Assembly (NCBI GenBank): GCA_030264375.1 | Contig: JASCQW010000105.1 | Coordinates: forward strand, 46,111,031 to 46,175,030 | DNA length: 64,000 bases | Direction of reading: 5' to 3' | Source: Carcharhinus longimanus | Lineage: Eukaryota | Part shown: positions 25,985-35,998 of the stretch, in pieces | Layout: each line of letters opens with the position of its first letter | Numbering within the stretch: the first letter of the stretch is position 1 | Program-made: the position numbers and the translations under genes | The notes under the pieces: model-generated | What the model was told of the DNA's origin: nothing | The model's input: the letters and a program-made list of their open reading frames with translations, nothing else | Databases searched by the model: none

Positions 25985-26160
25985 TCATAAGAGTCCCTAC
26001 AGCGCAGAAGGAAGCCATTTGGATCATCGAGTCTGCACCAACCACAACCCCACACAGGCCTTATACCCGTAACCTGACATATTTATGCTGATAATTCTCC
26101 TGACACTAAGGGGCAACTTACCATGATCAATCAACCTATCATGCACATCTTTGGAGTGTC
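25985..26160 (-). mobile_element. HE1-like SINE 3' half
   Basis: cataagagtccctacagcgcagaaggaagccattt...ctaaggggcaactta...cacatctttggagtgt is the antisense of the 3' half of the 9279 element. Confidence 0.75.
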
Positions 26161-26345
26161 ATTCATTTCACCATATAACAAGGGTCCAAGGATTGGATTA
26201 GTTGACACCTGGGGCCATGTAAAATAATGTGATTTTAACACTTACGAAGGTAATAAATGGTGCAAGTTGAAACAGTGACAGGTATCAGTCGAAGATGGGA
26301 AAACATGTAATATACCTGGAAGAAAATCACTTGCACATTAACAAG

Positions 26346-26722
26346 TTTTTTTTTCATTTATATGTGGGACCTGGGCGTCGCTTGTTGGCTACCCATCCCT
26401 AGTTGCCCTTGAAACTGAATGGCTTATTAGGCCATTTCAGAGGGCAATTGAGAGTCAACCACACTGCTATGGCTCTGGAGCCACATATAGGCCAGACTAG
26501 GTAAAGATGGCAGATTTCCTTCCTTAAAGGGCATTAGTGAACCAGATGGGTTTTTCCAACAAACAATGGTTTCATGGTCAACAATGGATTCTTAATTACA
26601 GATATTTTTTCTTGAATTCAAATTCTGCCATCACCAGTGGCAGGATTCGAACCCGGGTCTCCAGAACATTAGCTGTCTGGGATAATATCTGGCGATAATA
26701 CCACAAAGCCATCGCCTTCTCC
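26346..26722 (-). mobile_element. tRNA-derived SINE (second family) with LINE-shared 3' tail
   Basis: Antisense head ggcgatggctttgtggtattatcgc...cgggttcgaatcc (B box); tail aagggcaactagggatggg...gacgcccaggtcccac...aaaaa shared with the LINE at 62132. Confidence 0.8.
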
Positions 26723-27901
26723 TCTAAAGCTTCATGATTAGGCTCAAGGTCACAAACGTCCCTCTTCCTGCTGCTTTTTTATCTCAACATTTATCATAGG
26801 GGAACTGCAAAAAAAAGCATCAACATTTTGGTGTTACAGGTCTTTGATGAGTTAGTCAAATCAATCTTTGCTTTCTCTTCTGAAATTTCTAGCATCACGA
26901 GTCAGGTTTTAAACAAAAACATTGCTACAAATCAAATAAACTGATTTTTCATATTTCACATAATTAAATTTGGCAATTGACTTGCATATTATGTCTGAAA
27001 GTTGGAGGACTCGACCTTTCCCAAATACTGAGAAATGAATGAAACACAAGACAGGCCCACAATAACCCTAAACAATGCACTTGCCAAATTGTTACTTCTG
27101 CCACCTGCAAGCTGACAAGTAAAATATCAACATTGTAAACGTGGAAAATGTGCAAAAGTTTTTCAAATCAGTTCATCTGATGGATAAAAGGATCAAGTAC
27201 ATTTCACAATATTGAAAGAGTAGCCTCGTATGATAACAATATGTAAATGTTTTATCTTTTTTCCTTGCTCTTATGTATTTAATCTGGACATCTATTAAGG
27301 TGCCAGTTCTGAAGTATTTTTGAGTACTCTTGGGGGACAGCAGGAGGGGAGGGTGGGTATGGACACTTGGTTGCATTCCAATTGCCTAATCATTTTGCAG
27401 GCATTTGGGTCTATTTACATGGGTAGTTGAAGAGTCTGATTTTTTACTTGTAGAATTTTATGGGCTATTCAACCACTTCTTACTGTAATAGTATGACTTA
27501 TAAGTTCTGCGCACAAAGTAGATAATATATCAGGAGAGCAAAGGTGAAGGAGTGAGGTGCTAGATTGTGGACAATCGTGGTGGTAGTGGTTTGGGGAGGG
27601 GGGGGGGGGGGGTGGCGGTGGTGCAGGACAGTTTGAATGTGGTCAGAAGATTCAACTGCTCACAGATGATAGATGAGGCACTAATTAAATCAGAAGGATT
27701 GGGATGAAGTATTTTAGAAACAAAGTAGTTTTAGAAACAAAGTAGGATTTTTATCTGCTTGTTCTGGACTCGGCCTGCCTCCATTTCCACCTCAGCCCTG
27801 CCACTTCCAGGGACATGTCTATCTACAGGCCACTGAGGGTTTCAATACCCTGGAAAATTCCATCTCCTGGTAGTCTAGGAGGTGCGACTGGACAAATTAA
27901 A

Positions 27902-28190
27902 TTTTAAAGTGAAGTTTATTTGTTGGTCACAAGTAAGGCTTATATTGACACTGCAATGAAGTTACTGTGAAATTCTCCTGGCCACCACAAGCTGGTGCCT
28001 GTTGAGGTCAATATCCCTGACCAGCATGTCTTTCAGAATGTGAGAGGAAACTGGAACACCTGGAGGAAACCCATGCAGACACGGGGAGAACGTGCAAACT
28101 CTACGCAGACGGTGACTCAAGCCAGGAATCAAATCCAGGCCCCTGGTGCTGTGAAGCAGCAGTGTTAACCACTGTGCTACCCTGCCACTC
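27902..28190 (-). mobile_element. V-SINE-like SINE with alternative tail
   Basis: Antisense copy of the 15896 family (gtcacaagtaaggctta...ggaggaaacccatgcagacacggggagaacg...accactgtgc). Confidence 0.85.
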
Positions 28191-28199
28191 CTTAAGTAA

Positions 28200-28650
28200 C
28201 AACTATACTGTAATGGATGAATTCCTGGAGTGAGTTTGAGATTTACTTTTGGACTAGTGTGTTGAGGAACAAACTTGGAAACATGCTCTCTTAGATTTAG
28301 TATTATGCAATGAGAAAAGGTTAACTAGTAATCTTATTGAATGAGGTCTTTAGGGATCAGTGATCATAACATGATAGAATTCTTCAGTAGGATGGAAAAT
28401 GAAGAAGTCCAATCTGAATCAAGAATAGAGGAAGCTATAAAACTCAGCAGTTCTAGCAACATCTGTAAGGAGAGAAAACAGTTAACAAATCTGAAACTAA
28501 TCCAATGTGAAACTGGGATCCTAAATCTATACAAAAGGTTTCAAAAGTATAGGAGTATGATTTTGAGAAAGAGGATGAACTACGATCATATTGAATGGTG
28601 GAACAGGCTCAAAAGGCCAAATAGCTTCCTCCAGCTCCTGTTTTCTATAT
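28200..28650 (+). mobile_element. CR1-type LINE pieces (endonuclease end and 3' tail)
   Basis: LDLVLCNE...LGISDHNMIEF endonuclease C-terminal motif, later gaatggtggaacaggctcaaaaggccaaatagcttcctccagctcctgttttctat tail. Confidence 0.7.
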
Positions 28651-29013
28651 TTCTAAAAATGAAATATACAGGTAAAGGACCTTCATTTATATATTTTATA
28701 TATAATTTGTATATATACCTTCATAGTTTGATAAAATGGATAGAACCATATAGTACCAACCCCAAAGAATATGAAAAATTCTCAAATACTTGAGTAATAA
28801 AAATGGAACTGTACTTAGCTATTGAAAAACATTGACTTGAATGTTATCGCCTACATGATGTACACACCTCTATTGTTCGAAGAGAGTATAGTCCACCCAC
28901 TTGCTGTATGCTAATTGCTTGTGGGTTAATGGTATTGTTAGATCAATGATAGAATAATTTCACATTCAAATGCATTAAACTACTGAACCCATGACCATTA
29001 AATTCTAGGATAA

Positions 29014-29138
29014 TGGGCAGGATTTTACAACCTTGACCTGAAACCATAAAATCCCGCCTGAGGTCAGCGGATCTTTCCATTGTCCACTGCTCACCCGCTC
29101 TGATTCATGTGGTAGGCGGGGCAGTAAAATTCCAGCCA
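29014..29138. mobile_element. ~125-bp MITE-like repeat
   Basis: gggcaggattttac...ataaaatcccgcct...gtaaaattccagcc; reverse orientation of the 10616 copy. Confidence 0.7.
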
Positions 29139-30784
29139 TAGTGTTTGATGAAGTATGAACATTTTCTGGTAGTTGTCTATGCAAATAGGATGCTCCTACA
29201 CTAAGATTGCCTATGAAGACAACAATATAGTGGCATTCCTTGCAAATGGCGGTACAAAGAGTAATTTATTTACTGATTGGAAATTTGTGAGCACTGATAG
29301 TTCTGCAAGTCTGAAAATAGCAAGCAGACAGCTGGAAAAGGAACATTACAACATTAAGCACAGAGACATTAGCATGGATCACCCGGTAGGGTACTAACAT
29401 CTACATAAGTGTAGTCAATAACATTTGTTTAGAAACATAAAACATTAAATGACCTAACAATCTCTGTAAACACACATTTGGACTTTGCTGCATCAGTGGG
29501 CCACAAGTTTGACTTTACAAACAAGCTCATCTGTAAATAAACATTTCAGTAGCTTCCAGCAAAACAGATTAAATACACAACTAAAAAGGGCTTCCAAATA
29601 ATGCACATTATCCGACAGAAGTGTGGAATAGACCAGTTCATTGGACACACACCATATCAAGGCCACATACATTTTAAAAGGTTTCATTCACCTAATAGCC
29701 CTTTTAATGTAAAGCTTTGTTTTGCAACAAGGTTGAACTTTCACATCTACATTTCTTGATGCAGTGAAACTGCCCTAGTTACACAAACCATTGTTGTATG
29801 CACATAAGAAATTTGCATGCAATACATATGTGTGCACAGAATCCTTATATCATTTCACTCGTTTTTTTTTAATGGCAGCAGGTGGTGGGAAATAAATCTA
29901 TCAATTTTTATTTTTTTCAAAACAGCTCATAATTTTACTCCATTCGGGCAATTACTATTCCTGGAGCCAATTCCACTTGTTTATACTTGAATTCTTCACA
30001 GCAAGAATGCAGAAAGAACAATATCTAAGAATTCACACTTTATATAATTTTACACATGCCACAGGCACAGCAAAGCAGCAATGTGACACCAGGGGTGGAA
30101 AGAACACAAAACAAGCTTTATTTATCACTAACAGCGCAGTACTATAGTGTCAGTTACAGAATACTATAGCTAACAATTGCCAACCAGACCAGCTGCTGTT
30201 ATAATAAGGCCTAATTTTACAATCTGCCTAAATGTCTCAGCAATACCTCGGTTATAAATTGCCTCTCACGCTAGAATTAAAATTGCGCCAAAAGCAGTTT
30301 TACTGAGCCAGAATTTTTTGTTTTGTACTTCTTACTCAGCAACAAAATGGACAATTCTAAATGAGAGGCCACATTTTCGTTTGATTGTGTCAAATGAAAA
30401 TTTGATCTTTCATTAAATGTCAAACCTACTAATAAAATCCCATTAACAAGTGGCTTACAGCTGGGCCATTCCCAACAACATGCTCGTAAAAAATGAAAAT
30501 AAATCAAGTCCATGCAATATCATCATACCTAAATGGTGAACAATCCACTTAGCTTCTATAAATTTTGTTAAGCTTTTTCGTCCTTTAACACTGTTACCAT
30601 TGGTCCATAGGTTTTGCACAATGAAAAATCCATTATATGGACTCAGTCTGTACAGTGGAGGCACACAAAAAATTGAGGGGAGAAAATGGGTACAAACAAC
30701 ATGAAGAACAGCAGTAGAGAATGGAGAAAATAGAAAGACCCTGAATTTGGATAGCTGATTTCTCAGTGGTGCAAAAACAACCAA

Positions 30785-31393
30785 ATACTTTTGAAATGAA
30801 GCTGTAATGTAGGAAAATGTAGCAGCTAACTTGCATGTAGCAAGATCTCAATACATCGTCACGAATACCAAACAATGTATTTTTGGCCGTACTTGAGGGA
30901 TAATTATTTGCTAAGATACATGAAGAATTTTCTTGCACTTCTTCAAATAGTGCCATAGGATATTTTGCATCAATTAAAAAGTAGAGAGAATTCAGGATTT
31001 CATCCGAAAGGTAACACTTCAGAGAACGTTACATTCTCTCGGTAGCCGAAACTATGGGCTGAATTTTTGTCTTCCAAGGTTGAACAAACTGATAATATAC
31101 AATAGGACGATGAAATGGAAGGCATGCAGGGCCACGATTTTAACTTTTTCCAGTGACTTCTGCCATTTTCATTGGGTCAAGAAATATGGCAGATTATTGT
31201 CCCATTGTATTAAGTCTCAAGAGCAAGGCTTGAACCCATGACTTCCGACTCAGAAGAGAAAATATGAGCTCTGATGAAGGGTCATGTAGATGCAAAACGT
31301 TGGCTCGATTCTCTCCCCACGGATTCTATCAGATCTATTGAGATTTTTCTGTTTACGTGTGAGAGAGTGCAAGCATTCAGTCAAGAGTGACAC
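30785..31393 (-). mobile_element. Deu-domain SINE (SacSINE1/AmnSINE1-like) with two nested inserts
   Basis: ttgagggataa...cttcttcaaatagtgccataggatatttt...tcatccgaaag is the antisense Deu domain; head remnant gcttgaacccatgacttccgactcaga...gagagtgc. Confidence 0.75.
31266..31306 (+). ncRNA. Degenerate minimal hammerhead ribozyme in a second PLE-family fragment
   Basis: gagct-CTGATGA-agggtc atgta gatgc-AAAA(GAAA mutated)-cgtt-ggctc, followed by a PLE-type tail ctctccccacggattctatcagatctattgag. Confidence 0.6.
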
Positions 31394-32390
31394 TTGATAA
31401 CATAGCCTAATATTTACTAATTAAAAGTTTTGTTGCAGCATTCTTGTTAGTAGGTGTCACATGGTGATTAATAACATAGCTCAACGCAGCACAGTTTAAA
31501 TGTTCCCACTGTATATTCGTAATAACTGTGCTGTGTAAAACCTTTTAATGAGAAGGTTGCGGACACCCCTGAACTAATATATTGCTGGCGCAAGACAANN
31601 NNNNNNNNNNNNNNNNNNNNNNNCAAAAAGAAAATCTGAAGAGGTTCTCCAGGCCCCACTCTAAGCACTGCCTTGGCATGAGCAAAAGGAAATAAACAAA
31701 TCATTTACTCACCCTTTCCTGCTGAAAATTCTACACGTCATTCTGATTCAACCCAAACTGATGAGAAATGAAAAAAAGGGAACAAAATCATAATGAAGTT
31801 TCCCATCAATTCTTTCCCGTGGATTAGCAATTTAAATTTATGGCACTGTGGTCTGATAAATTGCTTGATTTGAACAATACTAAATTTGTCAACCATTCTA
31901 CAATTGCAGGCACAGAAAGCTGAGCTGTGTACCCCATCAGTGATTCATGGGAAGTGGCCTAGACTGATGGCAGTAATGAGGTTGGGTTTAGAGCCAATTT
32001 ACAAGAAGAAATTCTTGCAAGAAAGCACAGGTGCTTCAAAAAAAAAAAAAATGTGCGTTTTCCAGCATTGAAAGAGTACCCAAGACTTGGCAACAGTGGT
32101 AAATGATCTTAGTTTAGTATAGGTAGAGGTAAATCAAAAGTGACAGTAGGGGTTTGGTGGGGTTAAGTGGATGTACACAGATTGGCATGAATTTGCCAAC
32201 ACATCTAGTGATAATAGCTGTAGATAGGGTATCATGTAGATGCTTTCATGATGCAAGTTCATAAGGAGTCATGTGTCGCTAGGATGGAACTTCTCCCCAG
32301 AGCATGGCAGAGTGGGCTGCTCAGAATATTCAAGAAATTGTTATTGTTCTAAGCCCTTGGTCACCAGTCAATGGAACCACCACTCCTACA

Positions 32391-32406
32391 TGGCGTCAGA
32401 AGTTGG
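32391..32406 (+). other. Primer-binding site, tRNA-Leu type
   Basis: tggcgtcagaagttgg directly after the LTR-terminal CA; close to TGGTGTCAGAAGTGGG, the complement of the tRNA-Leu 3' end. Confidence 0.75.
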
Positions 32407-34509
32407 CAAAATGGGACAGGGACTTCACTGCATTGACTCAATCATGTTTGACAAAAACATTGTGGGCAACTGAGCAAAGTTTGAAAACAATTGGCACATA
32501 CACTGTGCTGTGGCTCTATCAAACAAATCCAAAAAGGTCCAGACATATAATTACCAAACTTAGCGGACCTCAAGGCTGTCGAGTAATTTGAAACTTCTGT
32601 TTGCCAAATGGAGGAGGAGAAGGAGGACTCTGAAATATTGTTAAAAGAGTTTCAGAACATTTGCTTGCTCGATAGATATGAGTTTAAGACTGTCAAACCA
32701 CAGAGCCTCCAGCAGCACTTCACTGAGAGAGTAATGACACCATCATGGAAGAGTATGATTTCACCACCTTGAACATTGTATGCATCAACGCAAAAGCTAA
32801 AAGTAAAGACTGACACTGGAGAAAAGTGCAGTGTTAAGTAACCCAGCAAATGTTGCAGGAATGAGACCCATATGCAGCATCAGATCCCAACACCCAAGTA
32901 GACCTCGTGTCATATGTGCAGGGAAGATGCGACTACTCTCCATTGCACACAGGGCAGCTTCAAGTTTCCAAATGTCGACCAGAACATGAGACCACAGTTC
33001 GGTCTACTGAGCGGCATCACACTGAGTCCAATCCACATTGATCCAGATGCACATCAGGCCCCATAAACAACAGAATATAAAGATTGTGATGCCATTGGGA
33101 AGCTACTGGTAATATATCATAGGCTAGATGATTCACACCAGCAGTCTGTGTTCCGAGAAGAGTATCCTTAGTTACGAAGCAGAAGGTATTCAATAACTTG
33201 CATTAGATGATAACATTGTGTGTCATAACTCGCATTGTTGAGGCCACAGTGTGGGTTTCAGCAATGGTAGCTGCAGTAAAGAAAGATGGCTCAGTCAGGA
33301 TTAGCATCAACACAGTGCACTGCTCAGGCCTGATCGCCCTATGAAGATGGTTGAAAAGGTTATAGCTGACATGCCCAGTGCCAAGGTTTTCAAAATCTTG
33401 GATGCGAAATGTTGGTTCTAGCAAATTTAGCTAGATGAAGAATCCTTGAAACTCATTATGTTCATGTCTCTCATAGGCAGATATAATTTTCTTTGCATAC
33501 CCTATAGAACCTCCACTGGCAACAAGTCAGCTCCTCCAACAAATTGTTGAATGGTGTTGGCAGGAGCACTGTACAGCAGTCTTCAACAGGATCAAACCGT
33601 AATTCTCAGCCCCACCTGTGCTAATATTCAAGCACCTGTTCCCCTATCGGCAGAGATCTCCAAAAATGGAGATGGTGCAGTCTGTGTCTAAAATAGCTGA
33701 TCAAAAGTTTTTGCATCAAGGGCCCTTATTGATACAGAGCCATTATGCTCAGATCGAGAAGGCACTCCCCTCACCCAAGTTTTTCCTCCTGTCAGAAATT
33801 CAATGACTTAATCTATGTCCAATCAATAATGAAACTGATCAACAGCGAGTCATAGCTATTCAAAATAAAGCTTTTTTCAAATTGTGTCTGCATGGCTGCT
33901 AAAGCTACAATGCTACAATCTCAATGTTATCTACAAACATGGTAAGGAGTTATACCTGGCTGATACCCTTTCCAGAGCCTTTCTACTCACAAGGCAGATC
34001 ATGAGAAGGACACTGACATCATGTCTATAGAGATGCTTTCCTCTTTTTGAATCCAGAAACTCAAGGATGCCCAACAACCAGATCTCACATGCAGACAGCT
34101 TCATGATGTCTTCATGAAAAGCTAACCTGTGTACTCAACTGAGCGTCACCATGACTTCGACATATTCCTCAAAGATAAATGAGCAGACAAGATGAACTGA
34201 CACAGCATGACTAATAATTTGTTATCCCCACCTCTTTACAGAGGTAATTTACCCAGCAACTCAGCCAAGGACACCCAGAGTTTGAAATAAGCAGATACAA
34301 GGCAAAGGAATCATTATGCTGGCCATCCATGTATGCTGATATGGACAGGTAAATACCCAGGTCTATATCATGCAATGCAAACAAGCCACATCAAGCCAAT
34401 GAGCCACTGCACCAACATGAAGCCCTGGATCTCCTATGGTCACTGACAGTAAGTGACATTATCAAATGGAATCGTGACTAGCACTTGGCGCTAGTTGACT
34501 CGTATTCTG

Positions 34510-34796
34510 TAAAGTTAAAGTAAATTTATTAGTCACAAGTAAGACTTACATTAACACTGCAATGAAATTACTGTGAAATTCCCCTAGTTGCCACATTCTA
34601 GTGCATGTTTGGGTCAATGCACCTAACCGGCATGTGTTTCAGTCTGTGGGAGGAAACCGGAGCATCTGGAGGAAACCCATGCAGACATGGGGAGAACGTG
34701 CAAACTCCACACAGAGAGTGACCCAAGTCAGGAATCGAACCCAGGTCCCTGGTGCTAAGAGACAACAGTGTGAACCACTGTGCCATCGTGCTGCCC
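34510..34796 (-). mobile_element. V-SINE-like SINE (alternative tail) inserted in the Gypsy integrase
   Basis: Antisense copy of the 15896 family splitting gactcgtattctg | gtggtttc (DSYSGWF). Confidence 0.88.
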
Positions 34797-35721
34797 AAGG
34801 TGGTTTCAATTCGACTAACTGACAGACATGAAGAGCAACGTGACCGAGAATTAAGCTCAAGAAACATTTTACCACACAAGGCATCTTGCAGAGGATAATG
34901 ATGGGGAATGTTTGCCAGTCCTAAAGTGACTTTAGGAATACATGGGACACTGAGCACATCAAGAGTAGCCCCCTATACCCACAGTCCAACAATCTGGCAA
35001 AATGTGCATTATGCTCAGTCAAGCACTGACTTGAGAAATGTACCTGAGATCACACAGGTTACTGTGCTGTACTCTTCACAGTGTGAAATTTGCCAAGACA
35101 TGGTCTGCTCTCTTCACCACAGTGACTATTCTTGAGGTGTCCCAGGACCACAACCCCATTGCCAAGGCCCTCTTGCAGCCAAATATCAAAACCAAAATGA
35201 GTGGCACCCTAATGGAGTCCTGACTAAGAGAGAAAAGGGTACTTTGGTCACAGTGCTCCCAGATTCTGCCCTTTAATACCTGGTCAGGTGGTCAGGGTCC
35301 AGATCTCATGTGTCCACCACAAATGGGTGTTGGTAAATAGCCATGCCCCAAAGCCAAACAGTAAAGTGGTAGCCTCAGACAGCGCCCAACACGTACAACA
35401 TTGGTGTTACCTACTACAGATATATGAACTAGCAGCATTAAGCACTACAGCACTCCAGGTATCCAGCCTAAAATCAAGGCTCCTTTATGCTAGCAGAAAT
35501 GGAGCCTCTGCCAAAGACTAATGTAGCACACCCTGCTGCCACCTGGTACTCCACAAGGATGCCTGATGCCACCCACACTACGGACACTAGTCCATGAGTA
35601 TCTCTAGCATAGCCAATTGTCACAAATATACCCTCAGCACACTAAACAAAAATAAGGTTCCAGGACTCTGTTACCAACTAGTCTGCAACTATTTTTTGTT
35701 TTTTAAAAACCAGGAAGGAGA

Positions 35722-35998
35722 CACGATGGGCTATGCAACAGGATGTAGATAGGTTGGTGCATTGGGCAGATAGGTGGCAGATGGAATTTAATCCTGACAA
35801 ATGCGAGGTGATGCATTTTGGANNNNNNNNNNNNNNNNNNNNNNNNNNNNNNNNNNNNNNNNNNNNNNNNNNNNNNNNNNNNNNNNNNNNNNNNNNNNNN
35901 NNNNNNNNNNNNNNNNNNNNNNGTAGGGTGATGCGGCGGCGCGGGCTTGTTGGGCCGAAGGGCCTGTTTCCCGTGCTGGGTTGTTCTTTGTTCTTTGT
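35722..35998 (+). mobile_element. CR1-type LINE 3' part (young-looking, gap-collapsed) inside Gypsy
   Basis: MQQDVDRLVHWADRWQMEFNPDKCEVMHFG, a 100-N gap, then tail gggccgaagggcctgtttcccgtgctg...(ttctttg)n. Confidence 0.85.

Noticed and set aside
27590-27625. Poly-G / G4-prone tracts (also 11617-11630 and 40-58)
   Set aside because: Simple homopolymer runs associated with repeats; lengths are unreliable in a draft assembly.
27712-27745. 17-bp tandem duplication ttttagaaacaaagtag
   Set aside because: Ordinary slippage or repair duplication.
31713-31757. Minus-strand exon-like segment with good splice signals
   Set aside because: Stops in all three frames and embedded in the same type of dispersed repeat as at 7740.
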